Shown here one piece after another: positions 8,801 to 17,740 of a stretch of 32,000 nucleotides of DNA; position 1 is the first letter of the stretch; each line of letters begins with the position of its first letter. The position numbers were made by a program, and so were the translations under genes. Source of the stretch: Desulfotalea psychrophila LSv54 (lineage in GTDB: Bacteria > Desulfobacterota > Desulfobulbia > Desulfobulbales > Desulfocapsaceae). Below the pieces are notes generated by a model. That model was given only the letters and a program-made list of their open reading frames with translations. It did no database searches and was not told the DNA's origin. The stretch covers positions 3,030,001 through 3,062,000 of the forward strand of contig NC_006138.1 of assembly GCF_000025945.1 (NCBI RefSeq). Reading direction: 5' to 3'.

Positions 8801-10082
8801 AGTATTTGAAGCAAAAGACATGAAAACGGGCCTGCGAAGAATCAAGGAAGAACTTGGTCCCGATGCCCTTATCATCTCCACAAGAACCATAAAAAATGGC
8901 AAACTTGGCTTGCTTAGCAAGTCTACTCTTGAAATTACCGCGTCCATTGACAGCACTCCCGTCAGCAGCTTGGCAAACAGACAGAGCAGAAGAGCAGTGC
9001 CACCTGCAAGAGCACCTCAAGAATACAGGCCAACCATTCATCATGTAGCGGACGACCCGGTCGAACTCCCTCCGTTCTCAGACAGCGCCCCTGTACCCGA
9101 AATATTTTCCACCCCTGAGAAAGCTGAGAAAGCAGAGAAAGAGAGTAGCCCCAAAAGAGATGACTCTGCCACGGAAGAAAAATTCATGGCCGAGATGGAT
9201 GATTTAAAAAACCTCGTAAGAAACCTTGCAGGAGAGGTGGGCAAACTGCAAAGCAGAGAGCCGGAAGGCAAAACCACTCACCTGCAAGCAAGCAATCATC
9301 CTCTTTATGGCAACCCGGCATTCAATATGCTCTGTGCCAGAGGCGTCAGTGAAGAGTTGGCTACCGACATAACCCTCTGCTGTCAAAAGAACTTCGACAG
9401 CAAAGAGATACATGACGCCGAAAGCATACTCTCCCAACTCAAGCAACACATTAAGGGAAAAATAGAGGTAAACCCCCTTCTAAAAGAGATCAACGAACAA
9501 CAGTGCATTGCCCTGGTGGGTCCAACAGGAGTTGGCAAGACAACAACCCTGGCAAAACTGGCCGCCGCCAAATTGAGTTCAGGATCTGCCTCGATCGCAA
9601 TGATTACCATCGACACCTATAGAATTGCAGCCGTTGAACAACTCAAAGTTTACGGAGAGATAATGAACATCCCCGTAGACGTTGTTATTACCCCAGAGCA
9701 ACTTGAATCCTCACTCTTGAGACATAGAGATTGCGAGCTTATCCTCATAGATACAGCAGGCCGTAGCCCTAAAGATGACTTTTCCATAGACGAGCTGGCA
9801 AATTTTCTCCGCCCCGAGTTCAATATTGAAAAACACCTTGTTCTCTCAACCACATCAAGAGAAAGTGAACTAGCCGAAACCATTCGACAATTTGGTAGGC
9901 TTGGTATTGACAGCACAGTATACACCAAGATAGACGAATGCTCACAACTCGGAGTAATTCTCAATACGCAACTACATAACAAGACACCCATTTCCTATAT
10001 GACAAACGGACAACGTGTACCAGAGGACTTTATTGACATAAGCCCTAAATGTATTGCAGAACTTATCATGTCGACCAACTAA
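8790..10082 (+). CDS. flhF: Flagellar biosynthesis SRP-type GTPase FlhF
   Basis: N-terminus MQFKVFEAKDMKTGLRRIKEELGPDALII is typical of FlhF. G-domain motifs [10 protein letters not shown] and DTAGR are present. Overlaps the flhA end by 11 nt. Confidence 0.93.
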   Translation: MQFKVFEAKDMKTGLRRIKEELGPDALIISTRTIKNGKLGLLSKSTLEITASIDSTPVSSLANRQSRRAVPPARAPQEYRPTIHHVADDPVELPPFSDSAPVPEIFSTPEKAEKAEKESSPKRDDSATEEKFMAEMDDLKNLVRNLAGEVGKLQSREPEGKTTHLQASNHPLYGNPAFNMLCARGVSEELATDITLCCQKNFDSKEIHDAESILSQLKQHIKGKIEVNPLLKEINEQQCIALVGPTGVGKTTTLAKLAAAKLSSGSASIAMITIDTYRIAAVEQLKVYGEIMNIPVDVVITPEQLESSLLRHRDCELILIDTAGRSPKDDFSIDELANFLRPEFNIEKHLVLSTTSRESELAETIRQFGRLGIDSTVYTKIDECSQLGVILNTQLHNKTPISYMTNGQRVPEDFIDISPKCIAELIMSTN

Positions 10083-10092
10083 AGGACCCTCA

Positions 10093-10989
10093 ATGCTGAC
10101 CTCATATCAAGAGACAAATGACCAGGCGGGCACCCTACGTTCCATCAGCCCCCAGCAGCCAAACAGCCTGACAGCAAGAGACACCACTGTCTACTCCATC
10201 ACCTCGGGAAAGGGCGGGGTGGGCAAGACCGCCATTACGGCAAACCTAGCCTACTCCCTCGCCCTCTGTGGCAAAAAAGTACTGATCCTTGACGCCGATC
10301 TTGGCCTAGCCAATATTGATGTTGTCTTTGGACTCACCCCCCGCTACAATCTCAATCACTTTTTTGCAGGAGAGCAGGATCTCGAGTCCATTCTCATTGA
10401 AGGACCACTTGGCATACAGATTCTCCCTGCAGGCTCGGGCATTCCCAATTTCACTCACCTCAGCTCGGATCTGAAACGGCGGCTCCTCCAGGGCCTGGAT
10501 GCCATGCACAGCCGTTTTGACTATGTCCTCATAGATACCGAGGCGGGAATTTCCGACAACGTCACCTACTTCAACACGACCGCGCAGGAGATAATGGTGA
10601 TCACCACGCCTGAGCCCACGGCAATAACAGATGCCTACGCCTTGATGAAACTTCTCTCTACTCAGTTTCACGAGAAAAAATTCAACCTCGTTGTCAACCA
10701 AATCGAGAGCGAAGACGACGCTCTCGACGTTTATCGAAAACTCACCCTTGTCTCCAATCGCTATCTCGATATCTCCATTGATTATCTTGGCTCCATCCCC
10801 CAGGACAGACAAATGATTGACGCAATTCGCAGGCAGCGGGTACTCAGCGAACTACAACCAGGATCCAAGGTGGCCACCTCATTTAGCAGACTTGCCGGCC
10901 GCATCTGCGTTGAACCGAATAACCGTCATCACAAGGGCAATGTTCAATTTTTCTGGCAACGTCTTCTCAACTTTGGTACAGGCGAATGA
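10093..10989 (+). CDS. flhG: MinD/ParA-type flagellar number regulator FlhG (FleN/YlxH)
   Basis: Deviant Walker A SGKGGVGKT. The listed ORF start at 10054 is a TTG inside flhF. I prefer the in-frame ATG at 10093, which has AAAGGA 7 nt upstream just after the flhF stop. Confidence 0.88.
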   Translation: MLTSYQETNDQAGTLRSISPQQPNSLTARDTTVYSITSGKGGVGKTAITANLAYSLALCGKKVLILDADLGLANIDVVFGLTPRYNLNHFFAGEQDLESILIEGPLGIQILPAGSGIPNFTHLSSDLKRRLLQGLDAMHSRFDYVLIDTEAGISDNVTYFNTTAQEIMVITTPEPTAITDAYALMKLLSTQFHEKKFNLVVNQIESEDDALDVYRKLTLVSNRYLDISIDYLGSIPQDRQMIDAIRRQRVLSELQPGSKVATSFSRLAGRICVEPNNRHHKGNVQFFWQRLLNFGTGE

Positions 10990-11723
10990 TCGATATTTTT
11001 CCAACCACACCTCCAGGGCCAACCCCCAATCAACTTGTTGACGACCACCTCTACCTTGTGGATATCTTGGTCTCACGCATGGTTTCTCAGGTGCCCTCTT
11101 TTATGAGTCGAGATGATATGCGTAGCGCCGGCATGTTTGGTCTATTTGATGCCTCTAAAAAATTCGACGCCTCAAAAAACATTCTCTTTAAAACCTTTGC
11201 TGAATACCGTATTCGAGGAGCGATATTTGATGAGATGCGTAAGCTTGACTGGTTTTCCCGTTCCCTAAGAGATAAGCACAACAAAATAGGCAGGGCTATT
11301 TTAGCACTGGAATTAAAACTTGGCCGTGACCCGGAAGAATTTGAAATAGCACAGTCACTCAACATGAATCTTGATGCCTACCACAACCTTCTTGGTCAGG
11401 TGAGCCATCTTGGCTGTGTAAGCCTCAATGAAGTTCTGGACAACTCTCAAGAGGGCAGATCTTTTCTTGATTCTCTGGTGGACAAACGAAAAAACAATAC
11501 CCCTACAGCCTTTATCGAACAGCAAGAGCTCAATATCAAAATTGCAGAAATTCTTGACCAACTCTCAGAAAAAGAAAAGTTGGTTATATCTCTCTACTAC
11601 TATGAAGAGCTCTCCCAAAAAGAAATTGCTGAGGTAATCGGCGTATCAGAGGGACGTATCTCCCAATTACATAGCCAGTCTCTTATTAAGTTAAAGCTTA
11701 AAATGCAAAACCAACTTTTTTAA
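10986..11723 (+). CDS. fliA: Flagellar sigma factor sigma-28 (FliA)
   Basis: ATGA overlap with flhG. Region 2 (FKTFAEYRIRGAIFDEMRKLDW) and region 4.2 HTH (LSQKEIAEVIGVSEGRISQLHSQSLIKLK). Confidence 0.93.
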   Translation: MIDIFPTTPPGPTPNQLVDDHLYLVDILVSRMVSQVPSFMSRDDMRSAGMFGLFDASKKFDASKNILFKTFAEYRIRGAIFDEMRKLDWFSRSLRDKHNKIGRAILALELKLGRDPEEFEIAQSLNMNLDAYHNLLGQVSHLGCVSLNEVLDNSQEGRSFLDSLVDKRKNNTPTAFIEQQELNIKIAEILDQLSEKEKLVISLYYYEELSQKEIAEVIGVSEGRISQLHSQSLIKLKLKMQNQLF

Positions 11724-11761
11724 CAGACGTCGCTCTTACAAACACATTGATTTAAAAAAAA

Positions 11762-12202
11762 ATGACTCCCATGCAATCCTACTTCCTACTACTTGCAAGC
11801 TCTGTGATTTTATGCATCTTCTCAATCATATGGCTAATGAGGACTAAAAAGAGCAAAATCAACCTTGTCAGCCAACTAGCAAAGACTCAACATGATCTTG
11901 AAGAGATACAACAACAACATAACAATACAAAAGAACAACTTGAGGAGCTGTCAAGCTTCCAAAAAAACATGACAGAGGCCAAACTCACCACTCGCCTCCA
12001 GGCGCCTCGGGTACAAGCTCAGGAGAAGAAAAACAGTCATATCCCTGAAAAATACCAATATATCGATTCACTTAATAAGAAGGGTATGCCACCTGAAGAA
12101 ATTGCCTCCCTCCTCTCCATCTCCCTGGCAGAGGCACAACAGCTAGTTGCACTAACAAAAATCGCCAATAAACGGGCCATTACTAGTAAAGAAAAAATTT
12201 AA
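11762..12202 (+). CDS. Small membrane-anchored coiled-coil protein with a C-terminal HTH-like segment, possibly a DUF2802-type flagellar-cluster protein
   Basis: N-terminal TM (YFLLLASSVILCIFSIIWLM), a charged helical middle, and a C-terminal KGMPPEEIASLLSISLAEAQQLVALTK. Lies between fliA and flgF. The family assignment is from memory and was not searched. Confidence 0.55.
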   Translation: MTPMQSYFLLLASSVILCIFSIIWLMRTKKSKINLVSQLAKTQHDLEEIQQQHNNTKEQLEELSSFQKNMTEAKLTTRLQAPRVQAQEKKNSHIPEKYQYIDSLNKKGMPPEEIASLLSISLAEAQQLVALTKIANKRAITSKEKI

Positions 12203-12214
12203 ATCCGCCGATAC
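12187..12214 (+). promoter_or_regulatory. Candidate sigma-28 promoter upstream of flgF (TAAA-N16-GCCGATAC)
   Basis: TAAA at 12187-12190 and GCCGATAC at 12207-12214, compared with the consensus TAAA-N15-GCCGATAA. The -10 element ends 66 nt upstream of the flgF ATG. The -35 overlaps the end of orf146. Confidence 0.4.
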
Positions 12215-12280
12215 AAAAGGGCATTTTAAAATTTTATCCCTATAACAGAGCCGACAATCTCTCTCAAAAAAGGAAACGAT

Positions 12281-13027
12281 ATGGTCTCAGGAAAATATAG
12301 TGCCCTGAGTGGCGCGCTTTCACGACAACAGGCAATTTCTACTATCAGCAACAACCTGGCAAATGTGAACACCACGGGGTTCAAAAAAAACACCCTCAGC
12401 TTTGAATCAATCCTCAATAATCAACAGCAAAACAGCGCCGAAGGAATTAACTACAGCCGTGTCGGCAAAAGCAGCACCGACTTTAAGCAGGGAACATTTA
12501 AGCCAACAGAAAACCCCATGGATCTCGCCATCCAAGGTAAGGCCTTTTTCAAGGTTCAGGGAGTAAACGGTGCCCTCTACACAAGACGCGGAGACTTTGG
12601 GCTTCGAGGAGATAATGTCCTTACCACCAGACATGGGCTACCGATCCTCAGTGAGGCAGGTGGAGAGATCACCATTCCCGATGCTGAAACCTCGAAAATA
12701 GCCTTTGGCGAAGACGGTACCATCTATATCCTGGGAAAACAGGGCCGCCGGGAAGAGGTCGGCAAGATCGGTCTCTTTGAAATTGATGACCCATCTCTTC
12801 TAAAAAATGCAGGCGATACGAGCTTTTCCCTTGAGCAGGGTGGGCAGGAGACCATCAGTCAGGAATCATCTCTTCTGCAGGGAAACCTCGAGGTGGCAAA
12901 CGTCAATATGGTTGCAGCCATGGCCCAGCTTATCGATAACCAAAGGGCCTTTGAAACACTCAACAAGGCTATAAAGAGTTATTCCACAATAAGTGACCAA
13001 CAAGACAAGCTTGGCTCTCTTGGCTAA
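12281..13027 (+). CDS. flgF: Flagellar basal-body rod protein FlgF
   Basis: N-terminal rod motif ISNNLANVNTTGFKK and a C-terminal conserved rod segment (LEVANVNMVAAMAQLIDNQRAFE). Precedes flgG. Confidence 0.9.
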   Translation: MVSGKYSALSGALSRQQAISTISNNLANVNTTGFKKNTLSFESILNNQQQNSAEGINYSRVGKSSTDFKQGTFKPTENPMDLAIQGKAFFKVQGVNGALYTRRGDFGLRGDNVLTTRHGLPILSEAGGEITIPDAETSKIAFGEDGTIYILGKQGRREEVGKIGLFEIDDPSLLKNAGDTSFSLEQGGQETISQESSLLQGNLEVANVNMVAAMAQLIDNQRAFETLNKAIKSYSTISDQQDKLGSLG

Positions 13028-13071
13028 TAAATTTCTCTTAAAAGCACGATAAACAGACAAGGAACTGCCCT

Positions 13072-13857
13072 ATGTTTAGATCACTTTGGACCGGCACCAC
13101 CGGCATGCAAGCCCAACAACTCAACATTGACATCATTGCCAACAATCTGGCAAACGTGAACACCACAGGCTTTAAGAAAAGTTCTGCTGATTTCCAGGAT
13201 CTTCTCTATCAAACCATGAAGGTTCCAGGTAGCCAAACATCACCGGACACAGAATCTCCCACGGGCATCTTGGTAGGACTTGGCGTAAAACCCGCCGCAG
13301 TTACCAAGGTTTTTACCCAGGGTGATCTTATCCAAACAGAAAACGAACTCGATGTTGCCATCCAGGGACGCGGCTTCTTCCAGATTGAAGCCCCCGACGG
13401 CAACATCAAATACACCAGAGCCGGAGCCTTTAAAAGAGATTCCAATGGCCGCATGACCTCCTCGGATGGCTACCCACTCATTCCTGAAATCACCATCCCC
13501 AGCGGGGCCAAGCAAGTATCCATCGGCGAAACAGGAATTGTCAGTGTCAAACTCGATAGCGACTCAACCGAGACAGAAATTGGCACCATAGAACTTGCCG
13601 GTTTTACCAACCCGGCAGGTCTGGCCGCCATCGGTAAAAACCTTTTTGAAGAGACAGGCGCATCCGGAACAGCCACCATCGGTATTCCCGGTGAAGAGGG
13701 CTATGGAACCCTTATCCAACAATATCTTGAAGGATCCAACGTCAATCTGGTAGCAGAAATGGCGGCCATGATCAGCACCCAAAGAGCCTATGAAATTAAC
13801 TCATCAATGGTGAAAACCTCGGATCAAATGATGCAAACCGTCAACGATCTTGCCTAA
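13072..13857 (+). CDS. flgG: Flagellar distal rod protein FlgG
   Basis: 261 aa. IIANNLANVNTTGFKK, the FlgG-type central region and C-terminal SNVNLVAEMAAMISTQRAYEINS. Confidence 0.95.
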   Translation: MFRSLWTGTTGMQAQQLNIDIIANNLANVNTTGFKKSSADFQDLLYQTMKVPGSQTSPDTESPTGILVGLGVKPAAVTKVFTQGDLIQTENELDVAIQGRGFFQIEAPDGNIKYTRAGAFKRDSNGRMTSSDGYPLIPEITIPSGAKQVSIGETGIVSVKLDSDSTETEIGTIELAGFTNPAGLAAIGKNLFEETGASGTATIGIPGEEGYGTLIQQYLEGSNVNLVAEMAAMISTQRAYEINSSMVKTSDQMMQTVNDLA

Positions 13858-13866
13858 GAGCCGGCT

Positions 13867-14814
13867 ATGAGAATAATACTGACAACCCTGATGCTCTTCA
13901 GCATTTTTTTACAACCGGCAATGGCCCTTGAGGCTATATTTCAGAGCCACGCCCAGGTAAAAGCAAAAATAGTAAGACTTGGTGATGTGGTCTCCTTTTC
14001 AGAAAAAGACCCACGCGTCTCGGCTCTGACCAGCCAAAGAATTGCCCAATCACCCTCGCTAGGAAAGAGCCTCGTTCTCAACCAGCAAACCATACTGCGC
14101 CAACTCGCCTCACAGGGAATACTGCCCCCCGACATCCGTTGGTCGGGAGCGCAAGAGATAGAGATAAGGCGACAGGGAGTCACCATCCCTCCTGAAAAAA
14201 TATCTCAAATTATTGACGCCTATCTTGTCGGCAAAGCAAAAAAAATGCCAGACATAGCGCTCTCTTTTTCGCCAAATTCTTTACCCCTGCCCTTTCTCCT
14301 GCCGCCAGGAAAACTCTCCTGGGAAATAATCCCTTCCCGGGCAGAGATACTAGGGAGCTCTCGTTTTTCAATCATTTTCAAAATAGACGGCAAGGTACAG
14401 AAAAACCTCTCCATCAGAGGAAAGCTTAAGGCAATAGCTCCTGTTCTGGTCGCCCGAGAAGCACTTCGCCGAGACACAGAACTTTCCCCTAATAATTTCT
14501 CTATTATACGTCGGGACATAAGCAATATAAGCGACCCTCTTTTTTCTGCCAGACAGGCAGAAGGACAACGACTTCGACGCAGGATTAGAAAGGATGACGT
14601 CATCCGAGCCTCATCCCTTGAACATGTTCCCGTTGTTCATCGCGGCGATCGAGTTAAAATCCATCTCCTGTCGGGTAATCTCCAGGTAGTTACCCTCGGT
14701 GTAGCAAGAGCCGATGGAGGCGTGCACGATTTTATCCGAGTACAAAACATTAACTCAAAAAAAATCATATATTGTCAGGTGGTAGCACCCGGCATCGTGA
14801 AGGTTAAACTCTAA
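13867..14814 (+). CDS. flgA: Flagellar P-ring assembly chaperone FlgA
   Basis: Signal peptide and a C-terminal SAF-like domain (VLVAREALRRDTELSPNNF...GDRVKIHLLSGNLQVVTLGVA...IRVQN). Lies before flgH and flgI. Confidence 0.85.
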   Translation: MRIILTTLMLFSIFLQPAMALEAIFQSHAQVKAKIVRLGDVVSFSEKDPRVSALTSQRIAQSPSLGKSLVLNQQTILRQLASQGILPPDIRWSGAQEIEIRRQGVTIPPEKISQIIDAYLVGKAKKMPDIALSFSPNSLPLPFLLPPGKLSWEIIPSRAEILGSSRFSIIFKIDGKVQKNLSIRGKLKAIAPVLVAREALRRDTELSPNNFSIIRRDISNISDPLFSARQAEGQRLRRRIRKDDVIRASSLEHVPVVHRGDRVKIHLLSGNLQVVTLGVARADGGVHDFIRVQNINSKKIIYCQVVAPGIVKVKL

Positions 14815-15509
14815 TGACATATAGACGAATCCCCCTTTACCTGAGCTGTCTTTTCCTCCTTGCCCTTAGCGGCTGTAACAGCAAAAGACCACCTCTGGTG
14901 GAAATACCGGAGCCCCTTGAAGAACTGCAGACCATGAGTCCTGCCACCCGTCAAGCCGGATCACTCTGGGACAGCAACCAAAACTCTCTATTTTCCGACA
15001 GAAAGGCCAGTAATGTAGGCGACATTGTCACTGTCCTCATCGAAGAAAAATCAAGTGCCAGCAAAAATGCCTCCACTAAGACAGGGAAGGATTCCAGCAT
15101 TGGCGCCTCGATCCCAAACCTGTTCGGACTTGAAAAGAGCAGCATCATCGCCAACAACCACATTGATATGAATAATCTTATCGGAGCAAGCTTTAAAAAC
15201 GACTTTAAAGGCGCAGGAAGCACCAGCCGCAGCGGCACCCTCTCCGCAGCCCTCAGCACCCAGGTTATCGTAAAATACCCCAATGGCCAGCTGAAAATAC
15301 GAGGTGGCAAGGAGGTCATGGTCAACAACGAGGTGCAAGTAATCTATCTTACTGGAATCATAAGACCCGTTGATATTACCGCAGCTAACACCATCAACTC
15401 GGATAAAATCCTCAACGCCCGTATCAGCTACACCGGCAAAGGTGCCCTAGGCGATAAACAAGAGCCGGGTTGGCTCACACGTAGCCTAGACCACGTCTGG
15501 CCCTTTTAA
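14814..15509 (+). CDS. flgH: Flagellar L-ring lipoprotein FlgH
   Basis: TAATG overlap with flgA. Lipobox LLALSGC. Conserved GDIVTVLIEE and ISYTGKG motifs. Confidence 0.95.
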   Translation: MTYRRIPLYLSCLFLLALSGCNSKRPPLVEIPEPLEELQTMSPATRQAGSLWDSNQNSLFSDRKASNVGDIVTVLIEEKSSASKNASTKTGKDSSIGASIPNLFGLEKSSIIANNHIDMNNLIGASFKNDFKGAGSTSRSGTLSAALSTQVIVKYPNGQLKIRGGKEVMVNNEVQVIYLTGIIRPVDITAANTINSDKILNARISYTGKGALGDKQEPGWLTRSLDHVWPF

Positions 15510-15543
15510 GATCTTCACTCTCAAAGCAGAACCCTAGGTAAAT

Positions 15544-16716
15544 ATGTTTTTTTCAAGAAAGATAAGATCACTATTACTTACCCCTAAGCGCAGATGGAGC
15601 CTCATACTCACCCTCTGCCTCATATTCACCGGCATAAACTTTTCTACCAGCAATGACGTACAGGCATCACGGATCAAAGATATAGCCCAGCTCCACGGAG
15701 TACGCAGCAATCAACTCATTGGCTACGGACTGATTACAGGGCTCAACGGTACAGGTGATGATATGAAGAAATCTGCCTTTACCCTACAGGCCATTTATAA
15801 CATGATGACCCGAAGTGGTATTACCCTTAACCCCTCTGAGATGAAGTCCATTAAGATAAAAAATGTAGCTGCAGTCATGGTGACGGCAAGCCTGCCACCC
15901 TTTGCCAGTTCCGGCTCTAAAATTGACATTCAAGTTTCTTCCATGGGAGATGCCAAATCTCTAGCTGGCGGCACCCTGCTCATGACCCCCCTGAAGGGGG
16001 TAGATAACAGGGTCTATGCCATTGCCCAAGGACCACTTGCCATAGGTGCATTTTCCTTTGGTGGCAAATCTGCCCAGGCCCAAAAAAACCACCCAAATGC
16101 AGGCAGAATTCCAGACGGAGCAACGGTGGAAGATACTGTTCTGGTTGATATTGGCGCTGATGGCACCCTTACCTACCAGCTGGCAAATGCCGATTTCACC
16201 ACAGCCAACAACATGACAAGGGCAATCAATAAAAAGTTTGGCAAGGATACCGCCTATCCCCTTGACTCCGGCAGCGTTACCATAAATATTCCACCGCATT
16301 TTTCCAAACGGGTGGTGCAATTTGTTGCAAACGTAGAAAGTATTGATATTACAGCAGATTCAGTTGCAAGGGTTGTTGTTAACGAAAGAACTGGAACCGT
16401 TGTCATGGGCCAAAATGTGAGACTTTCAACGGTTGCCGTCTCCCACGGTAACCTCAACCTGATTATTCGTGAAAGTTTTGATGTAAGCCAACCGGCCCCC
16501 CTTGCCGATGGCGAAACGGTCATTACGCCAAGTACAGAGATCTCCGTCACAGAAGAAGAGGGCCAGCTTGTTGTCCTTAACATGAAAAACGATGTCTCCA
16601 TCGGCGAAATAGCAAATGCCCTTAACGCTATCGGCGCCACACCACGGGACCTCATTGCCATATTCCAGGCAATAAAGGCCGCAGGAGCCATGCACGGAGA
16701 GTTAATAGTTCTGTAA
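15544..16716 (+). CDS. flgI: Flagellar P-ring protein FlgI
   Basis: Signal peptide followed by RIKDIAQLHGVRSNQLIGYGLITGLNGTGD, and C-terminal LIAIFQAIKAAGAMHGELIVL. Confidence 0.96.
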   Translation: MFFSRKIRSLLLTPKRRWSLILTLCLIFTGINFSTSNDVQASRIKDIAQLHGVRSNQLIGYGLITGLNGTGDDMKKSAFTLQAIYNMMTRSGITLNPSEMKSIKIKNVAAVMVTASLPPFASSGSKIDIQVSSMGDAKSLAGGTLLMTPLKGVDNRVYAIAQGPLAIGAFSFGGKSAQAQKNHPNAGRIPDGATVEDTVLVDIGADGTLTYQLANADFTTANNMTRAINKKFGKDTAYPLDSGSVTINIPPHFSKRVVQFVANVESIDITADSVARVVVNERTGTVVMGQNVRLSTVAVSHGNLNLIIRESFDVSQPAPLADGETVITPSTEISVTEEEGQLVVLNMKNDVSIGEIANALNAIGATPRDLIAIFQAIKAAGAMHGELIVL

Positions 16717-16727
16717 ACATATCCTTA

Positions 16728-16752
16728 CTAAGGGGAGAGCCTCTCTCCTTAG
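16728..16752 (+). other. Stem-loop between flgI and flgJ with no U-tract
   Basis: CTAAGGGGAGAG C CTCTCTCCTTAG forms a near-perfect inverted repeat with one G-U pair. The innermost pairs must open to make a loop. CCCCAAAA follows. Confidence 0.5.
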
Positions 16753-16771
16753 CCCCAAAACAGGTACCCCC

Positions 16772-17086
16772 ATGGACTTCAAAGTAGATATTCGCACCCA
16801 ACATACAGCAACAAAGATCTCCCCAACAAACAAGAAAAGCCGGGACCTGCAAAATCTCAAGACATCCTGCCAGGAGTTTGAGAGCATCTATGTCAATGAA
16901 ATGCTTAAAACAGCACGAAAAACCATCCCGGAAGGTGGCCTATTCGAAAAAAGCAATGGCACAGAGATATTTGAAGGAATGCTTGACATGGAACAAGCCC
17001 GCAAAATATCACAGAATTCCTCCCTGGGACTAGCAAACGCCATGTATAAACAGATGGCACATCTTATTGAAGATCGCAAAGAGTAA
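16772..17086 (+). CDS. flgJ: Rod-binding protein (FlgJ N-terminal domain only, no muramidase domain)
   Basis: 104 aa. Rod-binding motif QEFESIYVNEMLKTARK...IFEGMLDMEQARKISQNSSLGLANAMYKQM. The ORF ends without any glycoside-hydrolase segment. Confidence 0.85.
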   Translation: MDFKVDIRTQHTATKISPTNKKSRDLQNLKTSCQEFESIYVNEMLKTARKTIPEGGLFEKSNGTEIFEGMLDMEQARKISQNSSLGLANAMYKQMAHLIEDRKE

Positions 17087-17088
17087 AC

Positions 17089-17118
17089 GGCTAATATTTT
17101 AGCCTCAAAATCTTTTTT
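17089..17118 (+). terminator. Weak terminator-like hairpin after flgJ
   Basis: GGCTAA-TATT-TTAGCC (17089-17104), then TCAAAATC and a T6 run (17113-17118). The stem is short and AT-rich and the U-tract is offset. Confidence 0.3.
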
Positions 17119-17121
17119 CTC

Positions 17122-17149
17122 TAAACTCTCCAGATCATACCACCGATAT
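17122..17149 (+). promoter_or_regulatory. Candidate sigma-28 promoter for orf172-flgM-flgN-flgK-flgL (TAAA-N16-ACCGATAT)
   Basis: TAAA at 17122-17125 and ACCGATAT at 17142-17149. The -10 block CACCGATAT is identical to that of the flagellin promoter at 23181-23189. The -10 element ends 72 nt upstream of the orf172 ATG. Confidence 0.6.
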
Positions 17150-17221
17150 TCTTTAAAAGAGATTCTTCTACTTTTAAAAAAATGTCTTTGCCCTCAAGGC
17201 AAAACACGATGAGGTATCTGG

Positions 17222-17740
17222 ATGGCACCACTCAGCTACACAACAACTGCGCAAAATATATTAACTACTTACAATCTGCAGCAGGAAGAAGACAGCTCCC
17301 TGACGGAAAACGATCAATCTCCGACCCTGCACGTACAGTATAACAAGAGCCGTGACCAAGCTCGCTTAACAAACACGATAAGCCGACTAAGCGCTCAATC
17401 TTACGCAGAAATACGACGACAAAAGGGCTCTTCCAGCCCATCGGTCGCCATCATGCCACCCCCATTACAGGACAAAGATTATTGGGGAGTCGAGCAAACC
17501 GCATCCCGTATCACCAGTACAGCTATCAGTTTATCAGGGAAGAATTTTGACAAATTTACTGTTATAAGAGATGCAATAGAAAAGGGCTTTGTCGATGCCA
17601 GAATTGCTTTTGGCGGAACCCTTCCTCGAATATCACAGCAAACACGTCATGCGGTATTCGCTCAACTTGATAAATGGGCTAGAGCTCTAAATCTGCCCCC
17701 GGATTCTACGAAAAACATCTCAGGTGATAAAAATGATTAA
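17222..17740 (+). CDS. Uncharacterised 172-aa protein in the late flagellar operon, directly upstream of and overlapping flgM
   Basis: ATG preceded by GAGG. No TM segment or signal peptide. The N-terminal half is polar and low-complexity. The C-terminal half looks folded (DYWGVEQTASRITSTAISLSG...IRDAIEKGFVDARIAFGGTLPRISQQTRHAVFAQLDKWA). ATGATTAA overlap with flgM. Confidence 0.6.
   Translation: MAPLSYTTTAQNILTTYNLQQEEDSSLTENDQSPTLHVQYNKSRDQARLTNTISRLSAQSYAEIRRQKGSSSPSVAIMPPPLQDKDYWGVEQTASRITSTAISLSGKNFDKFTVIRDAIEKGFVDARIAFGGTLPRISQQTRHAVFAQLDKWARALNLPPDSTKNISGDKND

Noticed and set aside
10054-10092. The longer FlhG form starting at TTG 10054 inside flhF
   Set aside because: An ATG at 10093 with an AAAGGA Shine-Dalgarno just after the flhF stop gives a normal-length FlhG. 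The extra 13 residues have no conserved features.
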